A DNA stretch of 63,994 nt, filler included, from Asterionella formosa (taxonomy: Eukaryota), in assembly GCA_002256025.1 (NCBI GenBank). It is 4 parts of 4 records of this genome, joined end to end, with 100 filler letters (N's around TTAATTAATTAA, not from the genome) between each part and the next. Parts side by side here need not be neighbours in the genome. Positions count along the whole stretch, not along the records: positions 30,096 to 60,087 come from NKIB01000939.1; 3 more parts are not named here. One strand, given 5' to 3'. Within the stretch, counting starts at the first letter, position 1, and the number at the start of each line of letters is the position of its first letter. A model generated the notes under the pieces. That model did no database searches. It was not told where the DNA came from and was given only the letters and a program-made list of their open reading frames with translations. The position numbers were made by a program, and so were the translations under genes. This document shows positions 36,490-48,003 of this stretch, one piece after another.

Positions 36490-37348
36490 CGTTATCCTTG
36501 TCCTAAATTTATCTTGATTGCCTCGTTTCCTTGTGGCCTGGAGGCTGAGCGAATTGTGCACAGTGTCCCCGATGTGACAATCAAGCAGAGTAACTTTCCA
36601 ACAGTAAGTGACGAGCAACATACCAGATATTATTGCACAACTTTGTCTGCCAGAATCTCACTCAATTGTTCCTTTTCATTCCTCTTCATTCATGTAGAAG
36701 CAGCGATAACGAGGATATGAGGAATGGGTTGATTTGAATGATAGTTGTGCAATGGAAGTCGAAATATCCTTCAAGCCGGACATAGGCAACCACACAAGGA
36801 ATCGATCGATGAAGGTTTTACGCAACAAAACAATCAACAGATCAGCAAGGACAAGGGACAAGGAAAGCAACAAAACAGGTCCTTCTATCTACACCTGTAG
36901 CAATGGAGGAGCGGCAAATGCGATTCTCAGATGGATTGTTCAGAGATATTCTTTCTATTCGTCAATTGGATGCAAATTACTAGCAAATGAGAAATGGATC
37001 CATCTGATTGTCAAAGTGCCCCAAAACATAAAAGAATAGCTAATCATTATTTCGTACAGTTTGCTATCATTATACCCTGTTTGTTAGGTCACTGACACTA
37101 CCAAAAGTACCACCATTGTCAATCAATTGATTGATTAAACATTTGCTAGTGGTTTCTTTGTTGTGGTTAATTGTGCTCGAGGGGTATGTCAATGGCCGAT
37201 TTTTCCAAAATAGTAAGCAAGGAGTAACTTAAAGTTCTCTCGGCATTTGTTGAGAGATTCCACTAAAATTTCGGTGAAACTCGAAAAAGAAGTTTTATCT
37301 ATGGGAAAAACATACTAAAACATCCCGGATAATACAAACGATTGACTA
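36490..37348 (-). repeat. Old interspersed repeat 'A', copy 2 (interrupted by a pogo-like element; remainder at 41288-41310)
   Basis: Reverse-complement similarity to 1439-2290. Confidence 0.8.
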
Positions 37349-40300
37349 GAGTTGACCTGACCTGTTCGACACACTCTTGGGGCAAAAATTCGTGTGCCCC
37401 CCATTTTCTTTACAACGGCAATTTAAAGTGCAAAATTGTTAGCTGACCCTTCGAACTATCTAAAACTTTTTTCCATTTCAAAAAAGATTGCATATTTATA
37501 AAGTTATGGTTGTTTCTGCAAAAACGTCCATTTTCGAGAATCCAAGAATCCTTACCAATTCGCCAAGTACCAGTTGTACTAGCTAAATATTTAACACGGT
37601 AGAATCACATGCAAATATGTAGTCTAGTGTGCTTCAACTCCTCTCGACTCTAGTTTAGTTGTTAAACTGATGCTATGGGGTTGACAGTAGCCCTCTCCTC
37701 TCTACAGACACGAACGGATGCTCTAACAGCATTTCTCAATCCCTCTTCGTCCAATTTTATGACATTCACTGGTCGAGGGTAAGTGAAATACCTGAAAATG
37801 TCCTGGAGCTGCTTGTTTGTCCACATAGCAATCGTATCCTCATTATGTATGGCTGCATCAATCAGTGGAGTTATATGTGGCAAAATTGAAAGCTTCTTCT
37901 GCTCCAATGATGCTATTGCTGTCACCTTCTTTCTCTCCTTTTCCTGGGTCTCAACTTTATTTGCAATTGACCTTGCTTCCTTTGCCCTGTCATTTTCTCC
38001 ACGAATTTCGCCAACAATAGACATGACTTCATTCATCTCTTTAATTCTTTCCATTTGGCTTGCTGAATTCAATAACCTTGAGTAGCTGGCCACATTGCCC
38101 TCCAAAATATTGATTCTCCTCTTTGCAATCTTCTTCTTTGCTCCAACACCAATTGCATCAGAAATTATAGAACCGTGCAATACATCTTTCATTGCAGGTT
38201 GTAGCAGTGAAAAATGGTTCCTTCTGATAGATATATCAAGGAATGCTGATGGCTCCAGAATCCTGTCTAGATTAGTATTCAAGTGTTGCCGGCTGACAAA
38301 ATTTTTCATGTGATCAAACCAGACTTTCTGCAGTACATTGCAGTTTCGGTCTTCAGTATACTTTTTCATCATCTTTTCGGAGTTCCAAGAAGCCCATTCA
38401 AATGAATCTAAGCAGGTTAGGTTGTTTGCAGCTTGCCGTAATTCTGTTTGTGGTACTGGTACTCCAGGTGGGCCTGTTTGTTTTTGGTCAGCAACAAAGA
38501 CACTGGGATCATGTTTTGATACCATATAGGAAGCACGCATTTTGTGCACATCCTCCCGTGATCCAAATTTAAGAGGAGAACGCACATTTGCCTTGTTCCA
38601 TATTGGAGATCCAGGGTCGACATTGGCTGGAAATCGGTCAATCCTATTTACCAGGATATGTCGATCTTCGCAGCTGAGATTCTTCCACAATGCAGGCATA
38701 GCATCAAAAAGGCACCTTGCTTGTTGTGATTTGCGCACTACCATGTTCTTTTACAAAGAATCGTTCACCGCATTGACGAGATCCATCAATTCTCTTAAGC
38801 CACTCAACAAAATCTACCCTGTAGTCTGGGTGAAGAAGGTTGACCCTTTTGAAGAAGGAGATCCATGCATCTTTGCCTACTTTCTTCAATGCAAAAATAT
38901 CCCAATAAGATCCCACTGGTCTATGACTCCAAGATTGAATCGGATTTGGTCAAGAAAGTCACGTATGCTTGCCTTGTCTGCCTTAGCAACAGATTCGTCA
39001 TAGGGCTGATTGACTGCACTTGTGTCTCCTTCCTCCTTGACCACAAAGATTTTATGTTCATGAAAGACTTTTTGTGCTTCAGTGACATTAACATGACTAC
39101 CGAAGCCATCAAGAGTGAGAACTACCCACCAGTTGGTGTGCTCACAAATGATAGGCATTTTCCGAATACCTTTTGAAAGGAAAGGAACAACTGTCATCCA
39201 GGTCTCATCAGTCATGTATGCTGATGGGGACATTATGACTTTGGAACCACTGGATGCTCCAAAATTAGCCTCGAGATTTTGAAGAGGTTTAACTGTCATT
39301 CTCTTGCCAGATGCAAGAAATATCCATGGACCACTGGAACCTGTTGCATTGCCGATTCTAACAATTGAAATTGAGTCCCAACAATCATCAGTATTCTTTC
39401 TTGTTTTCTCTTTGACAAGTCTCCCATCACTTTTATTGACACAAGGTTTGCCATTACGCCAGTCTCATCGACATTGCACATAAAATGGGCTTTCAGAGGA
39501 CTGAACTCCTCATTTGGATGGTTCAGTTGGAGTTGCTCTTGCCAAACAGATTCTATGTTGCCGTGCCAGCGAAGCTGTTGCTCAATTGTTATCTGGGAAC
39601 GCTTTGTAGTTTTCTGCTGTGCAGAAACTGTTCAACCTCCACGCTTCAAATTAGGAAACTTGCCAGCACGGATCAGAAAGTCCAAGTGATTCTCAGCTTG
39701 CTTCCATTTACAACATCCAGTAAAATCCATAACTAAAAGAATCATCTCCTTCCTCGTCATCCCATTGTTGTTTTTATCCCTGAAGCAAGCTTGACCTTGA
39801 AGCTAATCTCTTTCCGACAACGTTGCTAAGGATTTGGGTGAAGGACAAGTTGGGTGAAGCATATCTATGGCTGCAATTCCGACCAAATTCTTATTGTTGG
39901 GATTGGCAACCTGCAATCATTTCCTTGCATCATACAATGTTAATCTCAGAACTCTATGAGTGTGCACAATATTTGCCTCATTCCCCCCTCCCATGATGTT
40001 CAATTATTCCAACAGTACTTTGATCTTACCAGGCAAGTTCCAGTTCTTGTATCAACCGCGATGATTCTTCTTCGAAACCAGAGATTGACTCACTAAATTT
40101 TCAAACATCATTCATTTCTTCTGTAATCACTGAATGGCTGCTCTTCTTGGCCTTGGTTGCTGCTACCTTCATCGTTGCAGTTATTGATTTTGCTATTACT
40201 GTCACTGGTTTCTGATGAGACAAATCAGACTGATCCTTCGGAGGTCGTCCGCGCCGTAAAGGAATCCATCTGCTGACAGAACAAGTAAACAAGAAAATGA

Positions 40301-41285
40301 TCACATTGCAATAACTCTGGACATCCATTATTACAGGCATTGTTACTCACCCTCGCATGTCACCAGACCCTTTCAGCCTTGCCTGTTCTTGGCTAGTCTT
40401 TGGCTTCCCAGACATGGTTTGATTGTTGCAATTGAATGTGCAGTGAGCGCAACGAGTAAGTTACGCAGATTAATGAAGATGATAAACATTCATCCACCAG
40501 CGCGCAAAAATACTGAGTTTGCGATGTACATAAAAATTGTTGCACTGCTATTGCATACCTTTTTACGACGGATTCGTGTAGCGCGCGCCAGCAGCATTCG
40601 AAATCATTTATAATAATGAAAAAATATCCATAATTGAATGAACTAAAAAGAATACAAGATCCTACGGAAATTCTACGGGGGCTGTAGCTACCACAAGGTC
40701 AAATCCAAAATTGGCAAAGTTACTTCGACTTAATTACCGACTTGTTCGACTGCCTTTTCCTGCAAATATTTCTCTTGCTTCTCCTCGATAGTTAATCATT
40801 AGACGCATAGTTGGGGTTTTTGATTTCGGTTCTATATGGTATGATTCATTTTCCCCCTCCGGGTCCCCATAGCTTCAGTCAAGTTTGCACTTTAGCAGTG
40901 GGTGGGACGTAGGGAGGGTGAATTTTATCTATTGACTACAAATTTTGCACGGCTTGGATTCAACGATGTTGCTTTGCTGAAAGCTGATTCGAAGAATTGT
41001 GAGCTTTCTGCCTTGAAACCCTTACATGGTTGTTCGTTGACTGATTGACTCTTCCATGACCTTCTCTTACGTGGTTTACTGTCATTCACTAGCCATCGAA
41101 CCTCATCTTCATTTTTTGGCTAGACAGAATTAGCTCCTGTGGTTGCTAACTCGGCCTCTACCTCAAATTTCGCTTGCTCCTAGTTTGTTTGTCGTTCCCT
41201 TGGTTTCAATGCGCGCTTCGTGCACATCCCCTTGTTTCCCTCGTCTATAATACTAATCAGGGTGCCGGTTTGGTCAGGTCAACTC
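37349..41285 (-). mobile_element. pogo-like (Tc1/mariner superfamily) DNA transposon, ~3.9 kb
   Basis: Perfect 14-bp TIRs GAGTTGACCTGACC (37349-37362) and GGTCAGGTCAACTC (41272-41285). TA on both sides (37347-48, 41286-87). Encloses a DDE transposase. Confidence 0.92.
37662..40415 (-). pseudogene. Frameshifted pogo/DDE_1 transposase
   Basis: CNVDETG, then LTLDGFGSH and NQPYD (36 residues between the last two Asp), spread over broken frames. A putative intron at 40273-40350 joins MSGKPK... to an RRGRPPK AT-hook-like exon. Confidence 0.88.
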
Positions 41286-41945
41286 TACTGCAAAGGTTCC
41301 CTGTGTGATACCAGTACTTTGTGGACCAGTCTGCTCCAGGGGCAGTAATACCAGTAGTATCCAATACTGCAGTACCGGTATACTGTTTTGCAGTAATGGT
41401 ATTCTGGTAGTAAATTCCCGGCGGTATATACCGGTAATACGTAGACTAATTCTGTAGAGGTAGTCTACAAAATTTCGCGTACGTCGTCAGATTTTCAAAA
41501 CGGCCGATGCAAGAAGGGGACAGAAAACGCCAAGAATATAACCTGGTATTGTTTCTACGTTTGCCTTGATGTGGGAGGCATGGAACAGCAATGCCAAAAG
41601 GTAAGTGAGTATCAGTATTTATTATACAGTACGAATATAACTTCAAATAAATACAGAAATATGTTCGGCATATTGTATAGTCTACTGCACGAGCACAATA
41701 CTACCGAGGTAATAAATCCGGAATGGTTGATGGATACCGGTATATCGGTTGCTGACCCCGGCAATTGATCGATCTCCATTACTTTGGGACACACTACCTG
41801 GTAATCTGAATTCATCGACATTGCAGTCTCCCGACACAGAGGTATAACTTGTCGCCCCTTTATCTGAAAGGGAGGATCACTCTTGATAGATTCCTGAGGA
41901 AATCAGATAGTACGCAGACCTTCCTTTACATTCCCTCGAGCAGAA

Positions 41946-43517
41946 ATGACCTCCAACAGCAACTACAAGCGAGCAACGCCGGTCAAAGGGTCTCCTCTCA
42001 AATCACCCAGAAAGGATCCAATAGTGGACGACCAGGTGATTCAAGAATTTTGCACTATTATCGAAAATACGCCCTCCGACGAGTGGTTGAAACGGTCAAG
42101 CGCTCTCGAGGCATTGGTCAATAGCATCCCTCCAGATCCGGCAGCGCACTCATCCCAATGGTTCAATAGTGCCAAAACACTGCGTTATCTTGCCTTGCCT
42201 GTCAGTTCGCTCTTGAAAGACGCGAGATCCACAGTTATCAAGCGAACTTGTGAGAGTATGACTCTCCTCTTCGCCAAGTGCGGGGGTGAAGCCAGATATC
42301 TACTAAAAGATCTGATGATCACTATAATTGGAGTTCATGCTCAGACAGTCCAGGTTATTAGAACATATGTTCAAGCCATGGTTATCGACGCCCTACAAAA
42401 AGTCCCTTGTAAGGCTGCTATGCCTCTTTGGTTGGAAAAACTCAAAACTGACAAAAGAAAAACAGTGCGCGAAGCATGTGCACTATATCTTACTACTGGA
42501 TTGGAATGTTGGCAAGATGATCCCACATATCTGTCTCATGATATATGGATGCAAGTTGGTACCTTGCTGATTAGAACCTTGCGGGATCCTAGCCCAAGCG
42601 TTAGAGATATTGTTAAACAAGGGCTAGAAATGATCCGCTCATCTCAACCGGAGATTTGGCAGAAGCTTGTGCACGACCCAGATTGCCCAGCGGCACGGGA
42701 TGCTAAGCTTCAGAAGTATCTCTTGAACTTGGGATCAGAAATTGAGTTGACAGACGATGTATCGGTGGCATCAATAAGATCCATGGCGAGTAATGCGTCG
42801 AAAGGGTCCAGTAGGGCCACCCCATCGAATGCTTCAACCACCCAAAACCAGCAGCAGCACAAGGCCAAACGAGGAGGTCTTGGACCACCAATGCGTGTAA
42901 CACCTCTTCCATTTGTTGCTGTCATTGAGTCTCCACCTGGTAAATCTGCAAATCGACAATCACCTAGTCAACGACCGCTGTCTCCAAAAAGCATGTTCCC
43001 GAATGGAACATATCTTCCTCCTCGATCGCGCGATTTCACCTTTGAAGATGAAGGCCCATTCATTGCTGGTGTGGAAGCCCTCAAGAAAAAAGCGAAACGT
43101 CGTAGTCGGAGATCATCGCTCATGCAAGAACGTTGGAGAACATCAATCACACTAGAATCAAAATCACCCAATAGTTCGGTGAGAAAATCCAATACCTCTC
43201 TTGTGGATGTAGAAGTGACAGTACCGGTAACTTACCAAGGCACCGCAGATTCACGGCCGAATGAACACTTAAGCCTTGCCATAACACTGCTTGAGGCACA
43301 TCGGGAGCATGTCGACAAAATAATGGAAACTCTCCGGTTGGAAATGGACACATTGAAGGAATTTGAAGAACTCTTAATGAGCCAAGATCCATCAAAACCT
43401 AGTGAAGAGGATGTCTTGGACTATTTTGAAAGTGTGGGCCTTTGTCTTGACCAACGGACTGCAAGTGGGAATGAACTTCAAATCGCCATGGACAGAATCA
43501 GCCAGGGGGCAGACTGA
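41946..43517 (+). CDS. CLASP N-terminal (TOG/HEAT) domain protein with a kinesin-13-like C-terminal helical tail
   Basis: EWLKRSSALEAL, LKDARSTVIKRTC, VREACALYL and LRDPSPSVR, then a Ser/Pro/Arg linker and C-terminal AHREHVDKIMETLRLEM. Confidence 0.8.
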   Translation: MTSNSNYKRATPVKGSPLKSPRKDPIVDDQVIQEFCTIIENTPSDEWLKRSSALEALVNSIPPDPAAHSSQWFNSAKTLRYLALPVSSLLKDARSTVIKRTCESMTLLFAKCGGEARYLLKDLMITIIGVHAQTVQVIRTYVQAMVIDALQKVPCKAAMPLWLEKLKTDKRKTVREACALYLTTGLECWQDDPTYLSHDIWMQVGTLLIRTLRDPSPSVRDIVKQGLEMIRSSQPEIWQKLVHDPDCPAARDAKLQKYLLNLGSEIELTDDVSVASIRSMASNASKGSSRATPSNASTTQNQQQHKAKRGGLGPPMRVTPLPFVAVIESPPGKSANRQSPSQRPLSPKSMFPNGTYLPPRSRDFTFEDEGPFIAGVEALKKKAKRRSRRSSLMQERWRTSITLESKSPNSSVRKSNTSLVDVEVTVPVTYQGTADSRPNEHLSLAITLLEAHREHVDKIMETLRLEMDTLKEFEELLMSQDPSKPSEEDVLDYFESVGLCLDQRTASGNELQIAMDRISQGAD

Positions 43518-43774
43518 TTGTGGCTTTAAAGATCAAGGTATTATAGCTACAACATCTAAGAAAATTAAAAAAAGTTACACTGAGTGTTTGAAATGCGGTC
43601 TACCTATTCATTTCCAAGTTCACGCCGCTACAAAGAAAATGACAATCACCCTCATTTTCTTGCGATTCAACATTCACGTACCAATTTCAAAAACTCCAAC
43701 AGAAATCATACCTGCTAAAGTATTCAGAGTTCCCCACGACAAGATAACACGCTGAACAACTAATAAGGCTTGGC

Positions 43775-44953
43775 CTAATATCCATACTGACGTGGAGGCT
43801 GGGCAAAAGATGGTGCCGACCCATAACTGACGGCTGACTGAGGACTCGTAAATCCAGGTTGGGCAGCACTTGATTGAGGCGGCTGAGCAAAGCCCATCCC
43901 TGGATCCATGACAGGAGGAGCGTGTTGCTGATATGGCGCAGGCTGGTTAAAGCCGTAAGCAGCAGGTTGCTGAAACCCATAAGCTGGAGGGTTAACAGCG
44001 TATTGCGGGGTAGGAGCTTGTGACTGTTGTCCATATGTTGGAACGCTAGCAGCGTACTGTGGAGTAGGAGCTGGTGGCAATTGATAGTTGCTGTACGCAG
44101 CAGGAACTGGAGGAGGAGCGAAAGATTGGACAGGAGGCAGTTGATAGTTGCTGTACGAGGCAGGTGTTTTCTGCTGTGGAGGAGGTCCACCATATCCGTG
44201 AGAACCAAAACTTCCATTTCGAGTAAAGGCAGGATCCATTGTCATACTCGACATTTGTTGTGGATTGTTCCTAGGTGGCAAGGGAGGGTCATCAAAGCTA
44301 ATCAAGCTCTCTTCTCTCTGGGGAACATAAGCAGGAGCAGATGCGTAACTCCTTTGTGCTTCATCTTGCGATCGAGACTGACGAATGTCACGCATGGATT
44401 CCAACTTGGCCCTAGCGATCAATTCACGTTCTTCGGGAGACGCATAAGCTTCATCGTCGGGACTGCGGTAACTGGCACCTCCACTACCACTAGGGGCAGG
44501 GCGCACAATCATAGCAGATGTTCCTAGCTGAAAGATCTTGCTGAAGTCAAAGTAGGAGATTCCACCGATGCGAAGATCACATGGACGATTTCCTCCTGGA
44601 AGATTAGGGTCAGAAGGCATGGTTACCAAATGGCAACGAATTACTCCAAAGCCCGGAGATTGAAGGCCGAAATGATGCTGAAAGGTACGATCTCCTGTCC
44701 ATCCATTCTGTCCAGAGTCAGAGAAGTGCACCTCTTTGTTGTCTGCAATAATTTGACGCTTCCCAGATTTCAAGGACCAAATGAAAGTGATCTCGTGTTC
44801 GGATCCACGACAATTAGATCCTGTTAGGCCCTGCTGGATGGCTTGGTTGTTCGCGATTCCAAACTTGAAGATAAATTTCTTTTTGGAGAAACCGAGCGAT
44901 TTAGCTTTGTTTTCGACCTTGTAGTCGACTTGATAAGGGACATAAGCAGCCAT
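43775..44953 (-). CDS. Hypothetical protein: beta-rich N-terminal domain, UIM-like motif, Pro/Gln/Tyr-rich tail
   Basis: Long ORF from MAAYVPYQVDY. EERELIARAKLESM, LISFD and repeated YSNYQLPP. Confidence 0.8.
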   Translation of the reverse strand: MAAYVPYQVDYKVENKAKSLGFSKKKFIFKFGIANNQAIQQGLTGSNCRGSEHEITFIWSLKSGKRQIIADNKEVHFSDSGQNGWTGDRTFQHHFGLQSPGFGVIRCHLVTMPSDPNLPGGNRPCDLRIGGISYFDFSKIFQLGTSAMIVRPAPSGSGGASYRSPDDEAYASPEERELIARAKLESMRDIRQSRSQDEAQRSYASAPAYVPQREESLISFDDPPLPPRNNPQQMSSMTMDPAFTRNGSFGSHGYGGPPPQQKTPASYSNYQLPPVQSFAPPPVPAAYSNYQLPPAPTPQYAASVPTYGQQSQAPTPQYAVNPPAYGFQQPAAYGFNQPAPYQQHAPPVMDPGMGFAQPPQSSAAQPGFTSPQSAVSYGSAPSFAQPPRQYGY

Positions 44954-46447
44954 GATTGTTGATTCTTGGTGTAATCGTGTTTGTTCAAAAAGGCTTCGAT
45001 TCAAGAATTGCGAGCGTTTCCCTTCCTTTTGCTTTCGATATTCTTTCGTCGAATTATAAATTGACTATTACTTGACAAGCGGGTGTTAGGCGGCGAATGT
45101 CGGAATGACTAGGATGTGAAGCGGTGAAACAAGAGATGCAATGGAACGAATTGGAGAAGTGGCTTCTCGTAGTCGAAAATCCAAAACAACGTTCACGGTT
45201 GTCTCCTTTCATTGAGCTGCGTATTACGTTCTACATATGTGGCGTGAATAAAAGTCATATCGGTAGTAGCTGGTACCTGGTACCAGTACCTAATTTCAAA
45301 CTTCTTTCTTCGACAAGTTCTCATAGCTGGTACCTGGTACTGTTAAGACGCCGTTGAATGATCATGTGATATCATGCCGGTATATTTATTCCGTACATGA
45401 AATGTACGTATCTTGTGGTCACCGCCATGTCCTGGTACTTACTAACAGTTCCAGCCCCTGGTGATGTACCAGCAAAGTGTACATCGAACACGAATTGTGC
45501 ATCACATCGATACGACATTTTGCCACAAGTCCTGTACCGGTATTGCAAGTTGCGTTCATTTCGTCAAAACTGAAATTTAGCGCTGGCAGGCACTCGAAGT
45601 CGACTCCTCCGGTAAGTGCGTTTCAATTCAACATTCAAAATTTCTAACGGTTTCGCGCTGGCCCTTTATGTCAATTTTATCAAAATATTTAATTATTTTC
45701 TGGAAAAACTGCTACCGGGTACTACGATTCTGAGTGTCAAAATTCCTTATTCCAGAAATCTCCTCATTCTTTACCTCTACCGGTACATGAATTTCAAATC
45801 AGTCTACCCTGGTACCTGGTACATAAACCAAGGTACCTGGTACGACCGGTCGTTTGAATATAGTACCTGGTACCAGGTTGTGCAAAAGTGCAAACGGCTC
45901 ACATGGAGCACTGCTGCCTTCAAATGTGCAAACTTGAACAAGGTGCCGGGGCACTTGCAACACAGCTTGGCTGTTAGACTGTAGATTTATATGCTAATCA
46001 CCTAGATGCTCTCCAAATTTTGAGATGTCATTACGAGAAATTGGGGGTTCTCGTTTCGGTACCTTGATTATTGGTATGTAACTTCTTGAAAAGAATAGAA
46101 TTTCTGGCAAGCATTTCTTGAGCAGAGGTACCAGTTTTAAATGGCTTTGAGCCATGTTATTTTATCATTTTCCAACTAATTCTTGAAGTATGCCAAAAGC
46201 CATCCCCACTATCACCTATTGGCATGATATTAGCTAGTTCATTAAGCTAGCTACTTGAGAATTAGATCATTTCTTTACTTGAACATATATTAACTGAGAT
46301 CTACTATCCATTTTAAAAGTGACAAAAAAGGTCAAAGTGTCTCAAAGCCATTGATTAAAATTTTACCATACATGTAGTTATTTTTATAGGCAACGGTTAG
46401 AAAATATTATATCGTCTGCATGCTTTTTCGCAGTTGTTGTATCATTT

Positions 46448-46960
46448 TTAGACTGATGGTGTTCTTGTTGGTTCTGTCTCCTTGTATTTTTTCGCAGTAG
46501 TTGTTGCATCATTCTTAGATTTGTGGTCCTCCCATCCTATCTTGTTATGTAATAGGAGAACCAAAGAACAAGGGTGCTGAGGAGGAAGTGGTGCCATTAC
46601 AGCAGTTGCAACGGGTACTGCAGCATCCTTGCCAGGCATCATGGTGTCATGGAATCTGGTAAGTAGTAGTTGTTTTGTTGTTGGTAATGGAAGATCACTT
46701 GCTTGCTTGTACCATATTGCCGTTGTTTTCGTTTGTGCTACTGTCCACTCAGCTGGATGTGTGTTCAGCGATCTGATTGCATAAACCTTGTTTGCAAGCG
46801 CCATGTGTGCATCTTTTTTATTATTCTCTCGCTCACGCTGCACTTCTTCCGCATGCCTCTCCCTTTTTAGCTGGCCATTGATCACTTCAGGACCCAACAA
46901 GTACCTGCCTGCAGCGACATGAATAACGACTGTGTATCGTTTATTGCTTGCAATCGCCCT
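46448..46960 (-). pseudogene. C-terminal fragment of a pogo-like transposase
   Basis: AIASNKRYTVVIHVAAGRYLLGP...KVYAIR...WYKQASDLPLPTTKQLLLTRF is homologous to the C-terminus of ORF 60231..61034 (AIDTHKRMTAGLHFAVGNTCLGP...KVQAIR...WYKRNGDAPLPITRQNLLARY). Confidence 0.8.
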
Positions 46961-46961
46961 T

Positions 46962-47138
46962 GGGGAATTGATTAGTTGGTTAGCTCACCTTCCAAGGTGG
47001 CGGGTTCGACTCCCGCATTCTCCACCTGCTTTGTTTATGTATTCCCTTGGGTTCCGGGTGGTGAGGCAGACAACAAGCAGGTATAAGGCCCTCTGGTATA
47101 TTTCCGGGAGATGCCGGCTCAATGGTATAATATTTTTT
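46962..47138 (+). ncRNA. tRNA-Ala-like structured RNA / candidate tRNA-derived SINE
   Basis: Acceptor stem GGGGAAT/ATTCTCC-A with G3.U, perfect T-arm GCGGG-TTCGACT-CCCGC (B box GGTTCGACTCC) and an A-box-like TGATTAGTTGG. Two downstream hairpins and a T6 tract ending at ~47138. Confidence 0.65.
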
Positions 47139-48003
47139 GCCACTTTTGGGCCGATCGCTATTTTCCGACGCATTTATCTGATTATCTAAAACACAAGACC
47201 TAATCGACAACTAGATATGTTGTATCCGGCCCAAAATCAGGATCAACTTTGTCGTAGTAAAAATTTTCATAACTGGAAAATTAGAAAACATTTATGTATA
47301 CATTGTGAATATTATATCATTAAGAGGCTCAAAGCCATTTCGAACTGGTGCCACCTAAAAACTGAGAGTCATCCTTATTTTACCCTATGTTACGACTCAA
47401 ATTATTTTTTCCGATTACCTGGTAATGTTGAAGCAAGTTCGAAGGTTATTGTAGCTCGTCCTCTCGGGTACTAGCTACTACATCTAATTATAACTATGGT
47501 GAACTCAATCTTTCTTGAGATATAAAATTTTCTAATGTCATTGTTTTGCCTCGCAACGATGGCTCTCAGTATATATGAGGAGTTTTTAATCTTCCATTTC
47601 TTCCCCGATTACCTTTGTTGCCACAAAATTATTTGTCCGTTACAGATTACTACCCATTATATATGGTCCCTTTCGATGTTGTCTTCCCATAATAAGAATA
47701 GTCGGTTTCGACAAAACTCTACTATTAATATTTGGTTTCGGGCCTAATGCAACAACTTGAGTTATTTATTTTATTGACGGTTTCAGTAATATTTAATTAA
47801 GTCTATCGCGTGACAGCGTACCACTTGTTTTTTGAAAATCCTCATACACAAAATATGTAGGCCATACAATAACTGCTGGCGATGAAGCTGTGTACCAGGG
47901 TACCTGGTACTGGTACCATGATTGGGAACTGTATTCTGCATTGTACTACAGAGTGTGATATTATAACACGCACTTTAGTAGCTAAGTCACTCCTGTAATG
48001 TAC

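Larger units (their letters stand above)
46131..47348 (-). mobile_element. Internally deleted pogo-like transposon (1.2 kb)
   Basis: TIRs CCAGTTTTAAATGGCTTTGAGCC (46131-46153) and GGCTCAAAGCCATTTCGAACTGG (47326-47348), 21/23 match. Flanks GGTA| and |TGCC. Confidence 0.8.

Noticed and set aside
46962..47024. Functional tRNA-Gly(TCC) or true tmRNA
   Set aside because: No 7-nt anticodon loop on a 5-bp stem, no variable loop, Ala-type acceptor, and no tag reading frame or pseudoknots.
47025..47130. HDV-like or hammerhead ribozyme after the tRNA-like unit
   Set aside because: Could not build the P1/P1.1/P2/P3 nested pseudoknot, and found no CUGAUGA/GAAA core.
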